A stretch of DNA of 45,228 nucleotides from Guillardia theta CCMP2712. Lineage: Eukaryota; Protista; Cryptophyta. The notes beneath the pieces were generated by a model. That model did not search any database. It was not told the origin of the DNA and worked only from the letters and a program-made list of their open reading frames with translations. This document shows, piece after piece, positions 12,550-37,316 of the stretch. Position numbers and translations under genes: made by a program. The stretch spans positions 202,211 to 247,438 of the forward strand of contig NW_005434581.1 of the NCBI RefSeq assembly GCF_000315625.1, given 5' to 3'. Each line of letters starts with the position of its first letter. Positions within the stretch are counted from its first letter, which is position 1.

Positions 12550-14681
12550 TTGAGGTTGGGGGGAGCGGAAAGCATTTTCTTCAATGAGCATGGACGAGGC
12601 GGCGGCGGGGAGGAGAAGGGGACTTGGAGAGAGATCGACGACGTGTCGAAGCGAATCGAGACGCTTGGATGAAGAAGAAGACAGAGCGGGAGGGAAGCGG
12701 ATGAGAACAGATCGATGTGTGCGTGATCAGTATGGATGCCTCAAGCAAAGTCACTCATGGGGCAGCACAGGAAGGGGAGGGAGGGAGGAAGCTGTAAAAG
12801 GAGATGTGCGTGTAAAACAACCAAAAATGAATGTGTGTGCTTGTGGAACATACGCGTGTGAATTACTGTGATTGTTGTTGACACTCTCTTTTTTCAGCAG
12901 AGGCTATTGCAGCTCAATTAACCTCCTCGGCTTGATTTTCTGCACCTCCTATCCCATCATGGTCTGAGTGAGAAAGAACGTTAAACTCGAGAAATAAGAA
13001 TCCTCCGACAAGATTTCAGTTCTCTCCTGAGTTACCTGTAATTTGATGCTGAATTCCATCGTGATGAAGCTCACTACCCCTCTTCTATCGGGAGCATCAA
13101 GGGGTGGAGACCTTGTGGCTGCAACGACGACTGCACGCTCGCACGCACAAGCAAAATTGGCGTTACAAGCTGGTGGACGATGCTTGAGGAGGACCCACAG
13201 CAAATCAACGGAGCTCTTTTCAAGATTGCTTCTTCCAAGGTGGAGCTTGCTCACCACCACAGCCGAGCCTCGCGACCTTGAGCGACACATTCCGTGGAGA
13301 CAAGTCATGTCGATCGGGTATCGGTGAACCCAACAGCTGCTACCAAGGTACGCATCGGAACCCAAGTTTCCATCACTGAGGTGACTCGTAGATGCTACAG
13401 CACACAGCCACTCAGCTTCTAAGCACTTCATCCCCCGCTGCTCTCCCACTCCTTTCCTGTACTGCGACACGTCACGGACACAAGGTGGGGTCAAAGATGC
13501 GCATCGTCTACTCCGAAAGGATGCGATCCGTCGGCGCTAGTAAACTGAACCTGCCTGTCATGGCGTGCCTTCCAGAGTGAACTTGCCGCCTTCTTCAAAC
13601 TTCGTCTGAGTATTTCAAAATTTAGAGAAAAATTTCAGCAGCTCAACATGGATGACCGGTTCAACGGGTACACAATCTGCTTGCTCGCCTTCTAAACGAA
13701 GAGCGAGCTTAAAGGCACAAGGTCAGGAGCCATGGAGCTGCTGGAGAAGCAAGTGACAAGGTGCATGGGCATGCTGACAGGTCACTTTATTGCTTGGACG
13801 GCTGCCACTAGACAGTCTGTGTCATAGTTGATCTTCTATCTACAATCTACACGACGTCAAAAAGCGATTTGATGCTGCGCAGCAGGGACGGAGGATACGA
13901 ACTCTTCTCTTCTGTCAGCATTGAGAGCCATATTTATCAGCCCCTGTCCTTCGAAACCTGTTGCATTTCATTTCCAGCTCTTCCCTAGCTGGCACGAGAT
14001 AGGGCAAGGCTGAGTTTCGGGGATACATTCTGAAAGTTCCGATCATCCTGGCGGCTTGTGAAGGCGGTGCCGCAAGGCGCTGGGATTGTTTGTCAACATG
14101 ATGTCACCTCAGATCCACTAGCCGAAATCATCTCTGGACAACAAGCAGGTCAAGATCCTTTTGGTGGAAATGATTTTTCTGACTACTGACAGACGTCAAG
14201 TTCGTCAGGAAATTGTCGTACAATGATTCAAGTCTGCCGAGATGTTACCTCAGAGAACGACAAACAAAAATATCCGAAAGACGAAGGAGAAGAATCAAAG
14301 ATAGGACGATAGAGATGAAGAATCCACCATGAAGGCCGGAACAAGACTGTTAGTATCTTTTCTTCAACAACACCTCATTTGGCGACTTGATACTAATTAC
14401 TAGAAGGCTCCTATCATGTCTGACTATCACACCTCCCGTCTTGCTATGTGTAGAACATCATGAGTCTTCTTTTCCCTTGCCCGCGATGATCCTGCCCATC
14501 CTCGTCCCCCTTTCCTCTGCTGCCCCATGAGTGACTTCGCTTCTTCCACACATCCGAAATTCTCATCCGCTTCCTCCCGGCTCCGTCTTCTTCATCATCC
14601 AAGCGTCTCAAATTTTCTCCACACGTCGTCAAGCTCTCTCCCAGCCTCCGCCTCCTCTCCCTGTCGTCTTCGTCCCAAGCA

Positions 14682-15350
14682 TCACCTCATCCCTATGCAC
14701 TCCTCCCCCTCCCTCCTCCTCCCTCGTCTGCGCTCCTCTTCCTCCCGCAGCTCCTCCATGCACCTTCTCACACTCTCCTCCAGCAGCTCCATCGCCCCCC
14801 TTACCGTCCTCACCTGCGCCTCCTGTACCCTCCTCGACTCCTCCTCAAGCTCTCCCTCCCCCTCCACCAGCTCCGTCACGTCATAGCATGACATCGCTGA
14901 GAAAGGCACCCCCCGCCTCGCCCCCGACTGCACGTACACGTGCACCCACATCCTCTCCCCGCCCCCCCCCTCGCATCGCACGCACTGCGCGTACGAGGCG
15001 GCAGCTGCCTCCTCCTCCTCCTCGCCGTAGAGCACCCGCTCGATCCTCGCCTCCTCCTCCCGGTCGTCGGGCAAGAGCCGCAGCAGCCTGCTCCAGGGCT
15101 GCCCGAGCCACGAGCGAGGCGAGCGGAGGCCCAGGAGCTTCGTCATCTCAGCGGAGAGGTAGACGAGGGGGGGCGAGGGCCTCTTGGAGACGTCGACGAG
15201 GGCGAAGCCGCAGGGCTTACGACCGAGCATGTCCTGGAGGTCACGACCGAACTGACGCCATGCGTCGGCGCAGGGGGAGGAGGGATCGAAGAAGTCATCA
15301 TCGGAAGAGATTGGGGTACGTGAGGGAAGGAGCATGTAGATGGGTGACAA
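14682..15350 (-). CDS. PAS-domain protein copy 2 (inverted relative to copy 1)
   Basis: Core near-identical to copies 1 and 3; intact frame through PAS and acidic coiled coil; lacks the 7 aa GRVEGEG present in copy 3. Upstream exons possible. Confidence 0.7.
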   Translation of the reverse strand: MSPIYMLLPSRTPISSDDDFFDPSSPCADAWRQFGRDLQDMLGRKPCGFALVDVSKRPSPPLVYLSAEMTKLLGLRSPRSWLGQPWSRLLRLLPDDREEEARIERVLYGEEEEEAAAASYAQCVRCEGGGGERMWVHVYVQSGARRGVPFSAMSCYDVTELVEGEGELEEESRRVQEAQVRTVRGAMELLEESVRRCMEELREEEERRRGRRREGEECIGMR

Positions 15351-15883
15351 GGATGTCGATGGTGGCTTTCTGTAGGGAAAGGTGTTGATGGTGTTGGTGA
15401 GGCAGTGGTGGTGATGGTAGTAGTGATTGTTGAGGAGGAGGAGGAAATGTCTTGGTCGGGGTGCAAGTGAGAGGTATAGGATGAAGATGATGGAGATCTT
15501 AGAGTGTAAAGGAGCTCACATGCATGTTCTGCTCGATTGCCAACGTGCTTGCGAGTGCTTCTTTTGTTTCCCTGGCCCCTCCAAACTCTAGTTGCCCATG
15601 TTTACTGCTTCCACTCTGCTAGCCCTTTAGAGCGCACCGTTTCAACATAAGTTTCAAATCTCGTGACATACCACCCCTCTTCTTGCTATATCTTTGAGGG
15701 GTACTCGATTGTATCATCATGTCTCGACCGTGACTGAAGAAGTCTCTCACAAGGAAGCGACGCGATCTCGTGGCTCTTCGTTTGTGCGGGCCATTCTGAG
15801 GCGGGTCGGTCAAGTTTCCGGGGGGCAGACCCGCCTCGTGCTATCATAATATATAATTCATAATACATACGTACTGAAAGGCG

Positions 15884-15918
15884 ATTGTCCTGGTACCCAT
15901 TTTTAACTTAAATTTGAG
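15884..15918. mobile_element. Solo right end of the MITE family at 37317-37547
   Basis: GATTGTCCTGGTACCCATTTTTAACTTAAATTTGAG-TA resembles GATTGTCCTCGTACTGATTTTTAACTTAACTTTGAG-TA ending at 37547. Confidence 0.6.
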
Positions 15919-16593
15919 TAAACGGAAATGCCTGACTTTAAAAAACTTTTTCCGATTTCACTTGCTCAGCAGACCTCGGAACTCGGAACCGTTGAACCGG
16001 CGGGCCGGCGGCACTCGGCGGGGCCTCGGAGTGACTCTCAACAGCGACCTCGGAAGTTCGGCGCCCGCCGCCCCGGGCCCGGGCCCGCCCGGCACTGCAA
16101 TCATACTGCCGGTCACCAAGTACAGGCCCTACTAGCCTGGCCCGGGGCTACGGTACACCGGGCCGCGCCCCCCGGTTGTATGACACGACCGGACCGTGCG
16201 TCCTGGCAGTCACCGTGACGGTGGAGTCGTCGACATTCTGGGGTCAAACCGCGTTGGTCTTTATTAACGCAAAAGAGGAATGCGTATGCTGTTCTCATAG
16301 GATACCGGAACCCGAACCATTGAGTCGGAGTCCGACGGCTCCGGGCGATCAGACCGACCGTATCCGGGACCCGGTGACCGCGGCGCCGCCGGGCCCGCCG
16401 CCACGACTGACTCAGTGATAGGCGGCGGGCTGAGTCATCGCCGGGACCATCGGCGAGCCTCAGACGGTCGCCGGATCAGCGGATGCCCGAAAGCAGTGTA
16501 CTATTAAGAGCATTCCAAGTATAGTGTGGCAGGCACTGCAATAAGAAGCCTTATAGTTAGCCACCATGGCACCGTCACGGTCGCGTGGGACCC

Positions 16594-18926
<2,333 letters not shown>

Positions 18927-19290
18927 GCGTGGGTTGTCCTGTCACGTACCCCTACCCCATCATTTGCATTGGCAATTCTAAGACCCCTCCAGTTTGTGAT
19001 AAACCCATAGTTGCCCAAAAGTTTTCTATAAAAAGTACCCCTAGTTTTGTACCCCCTCCCCCATTTTTTAACCAACCACATGTGATTTTATCAAATGAAC
19101 GCGCTCGTGGATCAGCTGATTTGGTGGGGGTAGGGGTAGTAATCTAGACTGTCCTTGGGGTTATCTGGATCGAAATAACTGGTGGGGTACTCAAGTGAAG
19201 AAGGTGCAATTGGATGGTAGGGGTGGTACATGAGACGAGGGGGTAGTCGATGGTACGGGTGGCAGGGAAGGTAGGGTGTGACATCAGACT

Positions 19291-21388
<2,098 letters not shown>

Positions 21389-22803
21389 TTTCGGAAACAA
21401 ATCATTCAACTGTGCCAATCAATGAAGTTCCGCTGTTCCGATTCAGTTCACAGAGTTCGCTGCAGGCTGACTCGGGCTTCCGTGGCACATGATTGATCTT
21501 CGGTCTGTTGTCACAGTGTGACTATGTTGCGGCGATCAACTTGGATTCCCGTGTCAGTGATTCAAGGTCGGAACTCAGAAGGTTCTGCCAAGTTTGAATT
21601 CCGTGAGTCCGGAGTCCCGTCCCGGCAGCCCCGAGCCTCGGAGTCCAACTCAGTCAACTTGCAATCGCCCGGCCGGGCCTTCGGTCCGACTCAGACGGTC
21701 CAAGTTGAAAGCGACGCAGCCCCGGCCGCCGCGACCGGAGTCCGGAAGTCCCGGCCGACCGCGGCCCCGCCGGCGGAGTCCCCGGGTACGCCGTAGTCAT
21801 CACTGTCAGCCCCGCCGGGCGTCGGGGCACCTTGCCGCCGCACTCGCACTCGGAGGCTCTGCCTCCGAGTGCTGAGTACGCCGACGGTGGCACCGTGACC
21901 CGGCCGGGCGGCCGGACTCCTCACGGGTGGCACCCAGCCCAGGCTGCCACTGGCCCCGTCACGCCGGCGTTTTAAGACGGTGATTCAAACTGGTTTAGAC
22001 CGGCAGTACAAATTCGTCATATGATATCAAGAGCCGTACTGTACCATCTCGGACTTGTGACGTCGTTACTACGGCAAGTAGAGTGACTCGACTCAGTGAC
22101 TGCCAGGGCTTGTGATGAGTCACCAGACGCCTGTCGGAACTTACAATATCGGATCATGTTCCTAGTAGTTTCCATCTGAACTTTCACGAGGCATTCATAT
22201 GAACTTGTTTCTCAAAAGTTCAGGTTTTTATTGACCTCCGCTAGGGATAAAATACATGTAAATCGACCACCCCCTGACGGTCTGTGTACCCCCTCTCCGC
22301 TAATAGATTGATGGGGATGGAGGGGTGGATCCGTATCAAGTATCTTTGTAAGAAGTCTACGAATGTATATGATAAAATTTCATTCAATATTTGAAAAGTT
22401 TATTGTTGTTTTGAATATTTATTTAAACAAATTCTTCAAATCACCTTTTTTTGAACGACAACGGGGGGGGTAGGTGGTACGATGCTGACAGGAGTGGTGT
22501 TACCAGTACCGTGATGGCAGCAACGTAAGCACGAGGACCGAAAGAGGCAGGGAGAGAGGAAGGAGTCGAACCTCAAGCAGGTCAGCAGAGGAAGGGACTG
22601 AAGAACAGCTCTTGTCAGGCCACACTGCAACCCTTGTCTTGTCTTACGAGCAAAAGAAGATCGATACAGGAACAACAGGAAATCCTCAAATCCAATCAAA
22701 GGTTTGTGCGCGGAGAAGTTGAAACGCACTTCTGAGAGTATCACAGCAAACAGCTTAGAGGACTTCATACAATCTTGTTCCATCACATCTCTTCAGTTGG
22801 TCT

Positions 22804-23448
22804 ATGACAGACTGTACAATACGATCACAGGTGGACCATCAAAGCCACTCGAGCGACGAAGCCTCTTTCGATCCCTCCTCCCCATGTGCCGACGTATGGC
22901 GTCAGTTCGGTCGTGACCTCCAGGACATGCTCGGTCGTAAGCCCTGCGGCTTCGTCCTCGTCGACGTCTCCAAGAGGCCCTCGCCCCCCCTCGTCTACCT
23001 CTCCGCTGAGATGACGAAGCTCCTGGGCCTCCGCTCGCCTCGCTCGTGGCTCGGGCAGCCCTGGAGCAGGCTGCTGCGGCTCTTGCCCGACGACCGGGAG
23101 GAGGAGGCGAGGATCGAGCGGGCGCTCTACGGCGAGGAGGAGGAGGAGGCAGCCGCGGCCTCGTACGCGCAGTGCGTGCGATGCGAGGGGGGGGGCGGGG
23201 AGAGGATGTGGGTGCACGTGTACGTGCAGTCGGGGGCGAGGCGGGGGGTGCCTTTCTCAGCGATGTCATGCTATGACGTGACGGAGCTGGTGGAGGGGGA
23301 GGGGGGGCGGGTGGAGGGGGAAGGAGAGCTTGAGGAGGAGTCGAGGAGGGTACAGGAGGCGCAGGTGAGGACGGTAAGGGGGGCGATGGAGCTGCTGGAG
23401 GAGGGTGTGAGAAGGTGCATGGTGGATGATGAGGGGGACGGGAGGTAA
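22804..23448 (+). CDS. PAS-domain protein copy 3
   Basis: Intact 214-aa ORF; core near-identical to copies 1 and 2; 5' end uncertain. Confidence 0.7.
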   Translation: MTDCTIRSQVDHQSHSSDEASFDPSSPCADVWRQFGRDLQDMLGRKPCGFVLVDVSKRPSPPLVYLSAEMTKLLGLRSPRSWLGQPWSRLLRLLPDDREEEARIERALYGEEEEEAAAASYAQCVRCEGGGGERMWVHVYVQSGARRGVPFSAMSCYDVTELVEGEGGRVEGEGELEEESRRVQEAQVRTVRGAMELLEEGVRRCMVDDEGDGR

Positions 23449-24578
23449 GGAGGCTGGGGGGAGGAGGGAGGTAGGGCAACGAGGTGGCGAGATATTGCAA
23501 CGAGGTGGCGAGACATTGCGATTGCCGGGTGATGATCGAGAGATGAAGGGGATGAGATGCTGTGAAACCTCCGAAGAGATAGTTTGAAACTATTTGTTGT
23601 CTTTGTTGAAATGAACGTCATCGTCTGCACTCAGTATCATGTGTGGATGTCCCTTATAAACTGGCAGATGCAGACGGTAGCAACGGTCGTGTACGTCAAG
23701 TGTGTTTTGTTGCTCGCTTGATCGGCTGAATTCTGTGGGCCCAAGAATGAAGTAGCTTCGAGATGTAGCACTAGAGATAATTCGTCGTGAGTGTTAACCT
23801 CTTGTCATAAGAGACTTGATCACATTCAGGGAAGACAGTGCTTCGGAAACCAAGAGCGAGCTTCCGAAGAGTATCTGAACAGCATCGAGTCCTGTGGTGA
23901 GGTGTGGCGAAGATTTTTCCATTGGCATGATGGCCTCGGGGATAGTGTAGGCCAGGAACGAGATGTGTGTATCCTCATCATTCTTCTTGTCATCTTGTTC
24001 TCAGTTGGAAACGGCAAAAAGACTGCCTTCACTTCGAGTTGTCTGGCGAATGCTTGTTGACATCGCTGGCCGTTTTCCTTTCTTCCTCTCTGCCTGCTTC
24101 TCTACGAGATTTTCAATCCCTCGGCCAGCACGATACAGTCCCCTGCCTCCTTGCCTCGTCGCTGACATTCCCCTTGGACAGCGGTGGGGTTTCTTGTCCT
24201 GGGGAATGGGCGCTTTGCCATGACCATCCTCTCTGTCTTCCATCGCCAACCTCTCACCTCGATCAGTCTTGGCAGGAGCAGTATCATCGCAGCTCTATCC
24301 CTTCCTCTATCATATTCGCCTGCACGGTCACTCCAGTAACTGGAGCATTTCCCTCTTCTTCATCGCTGCTTCTTCGCACTCCCTAAGAACATCTATGCCT
24401 GTGTGAAATTGTGCAACTGTAGCCAAACTTGTCCATTATATTTCAAATATACAGATTCATTTTAAAGAAGACGTTCATTTCAGATGAAAGAAAATGGATT
24501 TCACTGAGTCACATCTCTGTAATGTAGAACCGAGGCGGGTGGAACTTTCGAAAATGGAGGGTGAACAATATGAGGGAT

Positions 24579-24637
<59 letters not shown>

Positions 24638-25115
24638 ATGTACGACATAGCTTGATTGTGGCAGGTGACATGCTCTAAAAGAATTTTTTTTCATTCTCAC
24701 TGGACTAGAGCGAGAGCAACTGGCGGCGGCTGGCAACCATCACATGAAGGACAAATACATCTCTAATCCGTTTGCGGCAAACATTCTCTCATGCAGATTG
24801 TGATAAAACACTTGTGTTCGGACAAACAGGTCTCACTTTCAACTCGATCTTAAATGTGAGCAACGTTATCGTCAGCTCGGACTTTCTCAGCAGCTTCGGC
24901 CAGCCGTCATGCCGTCTGTCGTGATCTATCACCTGTTGTCAGGTGGTACTGAGATTGACTCGAGTGCTGCCTCCCGTCTCGCTTCACCTCCTTGTCTCTC
25001 CCAGAGAGCAGCGTCTCTGTGGTAGCAAGCGACAAGTATCGTGAGCTGTCCTCTCTCCCCTGCTCATCGCGCCTCCTCCCGCCTCCCCGCCATCCTGTTG
25101 CCTCTCGTCTCTCCT

Positions 25116-32988
<7,873 letters not shown>

Positions 32989-33344
32989 CGGGCAATGACA
33001 CACTTACAGCAAGGAAGACAGAGGCGAGTTTGTAACCCATCTCAGGCAGTAGGCAATCTGCTATGAACAAGGCACGATTACCGATGCTGACTAAGTCCGA
33101 GCGTTTGCCCTCCACTGACTCACTCGGAAACCGAACATGCTCTTTGAAGTTGGATACACTAGATTCCTAGTCTTCCTGCCCTTCCCCTTGTTGCTAATTC
33201 CCGTCGTTTGTTTTCTTCTCGGCCTTCGCTCTGTGACCCCTTCCTGCTGCTCCCCTAGCAGATGCACGTCTAAATCTCCCAGCCCCTTCTCCTCTCTTAC
33301 TCTCCCTTCCCTTCAATCCTCCTCCTCCTCCTCTTCTCATCTCC

Positions 33345-33550
33345 ATCCCATCCCATCCTCTCTCCTCCCTCCCTCTCCCATCCCATCCTCTCTCCTCCCT
33401 TCTCATCTCCCATCCCATCCCATCCTCTCTCCTCCCTCCCTCTCCCATCCCATCCTCTCTCCTCCCTCCCTCTCCCATCCCATCCTCTCTCCTCCCTCCC
33501 TCTCCCATCCCATCCTCTCTCCTCCCTCCCTCTCCCATCCCATCCTCTCC
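33345..33550. repeat. 30-bp minisatellite (CCATCCCATCCTCTCTCCTCCCTCCCTCTC)n upstream of ELP2
   Basis: About 6-7 visible units. Confidence 0.9.
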
Positions 33551-33632
33551 TCCTTCGCTTTCCCCTTTCTCCATGTGGCATGTGCGGCCCCGATAAGTCC
33601 TGATCATCCCCCTCATACCCAGCAGTACTAGT

Positions 33633-33692
33633 GTGGCGGGGCAGCTGGTGGCGGGGCAGGTGGCGGGGCAGGTGGCGGGGCAGGTGGCGGGG
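33633..33692 (+). repeat. (GTGGCGGGGCAG)x~5 tandem repeat
   Basis: Visible; five GGGG tracts. Confidence 0.9.
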
Positions 33693-33816
33693 ATTGTCCA
33701 GCGCGCAGTTAAGTGAAGGTATCAGTTAAGTTTGGGGGACAGCAGTCGGCAGGATTGGGTTTGGTTCTCGCTGTCTTTTCTCTTCTCGCCGTTTGGCCTG
33801 TGCGATCGGACAGTGT

Positions 33817-33878
33817 CAGGGTCAAGCCTCCTCGACTCTCCTGATTGTCCTCGTAATGATCTTTAACTTAACTTTGAG
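33817..33878. mobile_element. Partial (right end) copy of the MITE at 37317-37547
   Basis: GGTCAAG.CTCCT...CCTGATTGTCCTCGTA.TGAT.TTTAACTTAACTTTGAG-TA shared with ~37491-37549. Confidence 0.7.
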
Positions 33879-34462
33879 TAAAGTCTCAGTCTCAGTGCAG
33901 GTCTCAGTGCCGCAGTGCACAGGCTGAACTCAAGTTCGGAACTCCGATCGGAATGGCCCACGCCGGGCCGCCCTACCGGGGCTGGAGTGACTCACACGCC
34001 GGTTTGTACCGCGACCGGAGGCGTTGAAGTCGGCGGGCTGAGCTAGCGGCCACCCCGCCCGGCGGGGTCCGCCGGGTCCCGAGTCCCGGAGCCCCGCCGG
34101 CCCGGCGGACCAGTGCCGGGGCGGCTGAACTTTGGAAGTTGGCATTTTGACTGACTTTGCCCAAAATAGCGAGCTCATGTTGGCGTAATGGCGTGACAAC
34201 TTAGGGGAGAAGGTCGTGCATTGCTGACGAAGCGATCAGATCATGAAGGCTTCCCGGGAATACTGAGAGAGAAACACTAGCGTGATCGAGCTTGAGATGA
34301 GATAAGCATCACGAGTCAAGCTCAGTACTCGAGCCTCTCCTCTCTGTTTTGAATTGTAGGGCTGTTTTTGAAAAGCACAAACCGTTGAGGTGCTGAAGAG
34401 AGTTTCCCCTGCAGTCAGAGATAGAGCATTCAAGCGCAGCGAAAGGAATACCAGCCCACAAG

Positions 34463-35065
34463 ATGGCTCGACCACTCCTTTTCACTCTTCTGGTTCAATC
34501 CTGCTTCCTTCAAGCCTCGATCGCAGTTTACCGCTGCCATGATGGATCGGACTGCGACTACACAGGGTGCAACGACCGAGGAGAAGCCTTTTACTGTACG
34601 CTGGGTCATTGCGGCTACAGGGAAGGAGAGGGCTTCTTCGTCTGCATCGACCCTCCACCCTGCAGGGCGTCCCCTGGTCACGTGTGTCAAAGTATGAAGG
34701 ACCTCCCTGAAGGGAGGAGGTGTCCCGAAGGAAAGTGCTGCCCTGGCGGGACAGCGGAAGCAGCTCCGTGCCTTGCTCCTCCTGGACGGTACTGTGCGAC
34801 AGGATCCGCTGCATGCACAGGAAGACTGTGTCCACCAGGTCACTTCTGCCCAGGGGGTTCGGAACTACCCCGGCCATGTCTGCAACGGGACGGGTGGTTT
34901 TGTCCTGCCGGGAGCACAAGCAGGGAAGGGGTCAGGATAGGAGCCGGACTCAACGGAAGCAGCGTGGGGACTGTCTGGCAACTGGACGGTTTTCATGTCG
35001 ATCTGCACAGCCTTGGGATTATTCTTATTGTCGTTGGTTTCTGCATTTGCTTGATTGTGCTATAG
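34463..35065 (+). CDS. Cys-rich type I membrane protein with GCC2/GCC3 (ephrin-receptor-like) CPxGxxC repeats
   Basis: 200-aa ORF: signal peptide MARPLLFTLLVQSCFLQASIA; repeats CPEGKCCPGG, PPGRYCATGS, CPPGHFCPGGS, GWFCPAGS; C-terminal TM LGIILIVVGFCICLIVL. Confidence 0.8.
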   Translation: MARPLLFTLLVQSCFLQASIAVYRCHDGSDCDYTGCNDRGEAFYCTLGHCGYREGEGFFVCIDPPPCRASPGHVCQSMKDLPEGRRCPEGKCCPGGTAEAAPCLAPPGRYCATGSAACTGRLCPPGHFCPGGSELPRPCLQRDGWFCPAGSTSREGVRIGAGLNGSSVGTVWQLDGFHVDLHSLGIILIVVGFCICLIVL

Positions 35066-35249
35066 AATGCAAGGGTAACCTCTGTCAAGCGCAGGCGTTG
35101 ACAAGTATGTATATTCTATGTTATTGATAAATCACTGGAACAATGAGATTTATCTTGCCGTGATGTTGACTCTCAATGTACACATCCAAAAAACTCCTTC
35201 GAAATCGAGCATCGCATGTTCAAACACTGAAATCACTGCTACAGAGTAA

Positions 35250-36465
35250 TCACTCAGTGCGAACAGCCCTCTCCTTTGGAAATGTGCTGAGGACGAGCGA
35301 ATCGCCCACATCTCCGTTCAACACTTCTTGTAGCCTGGAGACAACCTTCTCCATATGTTTCCTGTACGAGGGTGTTATCTCTCCTCTACCTCCGGTGACA
35401 ACCGCAAATCACTTTCGAGACGGCGACGCATTCCGTGAACCCCCGTGTGAACCGGACGAAGATGCCCTTGAAAAGCCGCCCCTAACGTAACGGTGGATCA
35501 GACGAGTCGTTTAAATCCGTCTCTCCAAGTGAAAACTCTTACCCTGAGAAATGTACTGCTCCGAGGTTGGGGTCTAGTCCTGGACTTGCCCCACGGCTCT
35601 TTGCCTTAGAGGAAGACCTTGAACCCTCTTTGGACCGAGCAGGGCTAGCCTGCCTGGAAGATCGCTTCCCGACAATGACACTGCAAGCAAAGGTCAGATC
35701 CCTCAACAATCGTTGGAGGTAAACAGGATGAGACGAATTTAGCAATGGTAGCAATTGCGTACCCTAGATCGTTTCGAATGTACTCTTCTTTTCCCCTTTC
35801 ACGGCTGACACTCCTGCTCCTCGAACCTGACTTGTCCTGCAGACTGTCACGTAGGATCCATCAACACGGCAAACATGGTATTACGCTGCCTTTCGAGCTC
35901 ATGTCTGGTAGGTCTGGAACCCAGCTTTCTCGCCTATAATCTAAATCTCTCGAATGTCCCTGCACAAGTATGAGTGGAAGACACTTCCGCTGCACGAGCT
36001 TTACCGTCGGTATCCGACCAGGGATGAGGTCATGATGGAACTGGATCAGCCAACATCAATTCGTCCGACACCGAGTCAACCATGTAGGGAACAAACACGA
36101 CCAAGTATAACACAAGAAGCGAAAACAATCACAATGGAAAAGAAGAAAAGAAGTGGAAGAGAAAAGAAGTGGAGCAGAAGAAGACTCCACCTTGGGTTCA
36201 TGGTTTTGACTGGAAGAGGAGAATATGTGCAAATTCTCTCCGTTGGATCTACTATGAGGTTCTTCCCTGACCAAGCTGTGTCTCAGTCTCTCAACAAGGC
36301 AGCTGAGGTCACGCACTTGGGTGCTATCCATCCCAGCCCAATCGCTTCAAGAATATCCGGTTCCCTATGCAGAAATCGAATGAAAATGCACCGGGCACAA
36401 GGCTGGAGTGTAACAAAACTTCTTACTTACCCTTGCTTCTTCGGAACAGAATTCTCATTTCCCAT
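35250..36465 (-). CDS. Multi-exon hypothetical protein, possibly N-myristoylated
   Basis: Start MGNENSVPKKQG followed by a GTAAGT donor; Ser/Arg-rich internal exons; last exon ...YRKHMEKVVSRLQEVLNGDVGDSLVLSTFPKERAVRTE*. Confidence 0.5.
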
Positions 36466-37316
36466 TTTTGCTATGAAGTAAATCAGATAAAACAATGAAG
36501 ACTCCCATTATTCGGTGACATCACAATGATCCAAAGAAAAATATTCTCTCGTTTTAATGGATTTGTGCAGGGATATGATCTTGTCAAGAATGAGTGTTGC
36601 TGTTCTATGCATCTCCTTTTGCAATACAGTCGTCATACAGCTCTTCTAAAACGTAAACATGTTCTATATTGGAACATATTGGTACCAGGATAACAATGTA
36701 AAGGCCAGCATGGAAAACATGAAGACATCGCAACTTCGAAAGCGTTTGCATCAGTATTCGCTTCATCTCCCTGTTTTGGTTCTGGTCCTCTCGTCCTGCT
36801 CTCCTACTCATCTCCTCTTCCTCCTCCTCTCCTCCTCTCCTCCTCTCCTCCTCTCCCCCTCTCTTCGTCACTATAGCTGCTGCTGTTTCCTTCTTGCTTC
36901 ACCATGATCAGTTCTACTCCGGTGCCCTGACCACCCCCAGTCCTTTCCCCAGTTTTATCACCCTCCCACGTTTGCTCCTGCGCTCCTGACTACCCCACCC
37001 CACCCCTCTAGCGACAATATCTGAGAATGGGGGGAATTGAACCCCCTCTACCTCCATCCTGTACCCACCCCTTTACCAGGCATCAGCGGTACGATTTCTA
37101 CCTGGCCTAGTCTTGTGAACACCTACTGCTGCTGTGTAGTAGGGAATGCCCTAGGGGACGCTGACTTCTTGCTAGGACCGGGTCCTAGGAATATTAGCAT
37201 AGTACCTTTCAATTTCATCCCGAAACAGATCCGCTACTTCACTACTGCCACAGACTTGAGTAAAATTATCGTCTACCCTCGGCGTACTAGATTAGTACAG
37301 CCAGTAGCATTGTTTA

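Noticed and set aside
14531-15388. Long antisense ORFs over the PAS, ADK and transaldolase genes
   Set aside because: Shadow frames of GC-rich coding sequence.
22516-22701. bHLH-like peptide (RKRQGERKESNLKQ|ATLQPL...QEILK) upstream of PAS copy 3, suggesting a bHLH-PAS or aureochrome-like fusion
   Set aside because: No in-frame ATG (stop just upstream), needs an unusually short 38-nt intron, lacks the ERxRR arginines, cannot be spliced cleanly into the PAS frame, and is absent before copies 1 and 2.
23790-24740. Possible minus-strand gene between PAS copy 3 and ELP2
   Set aside because: Only short overlapping ORFs; no consistent splice model or recognisable motif.
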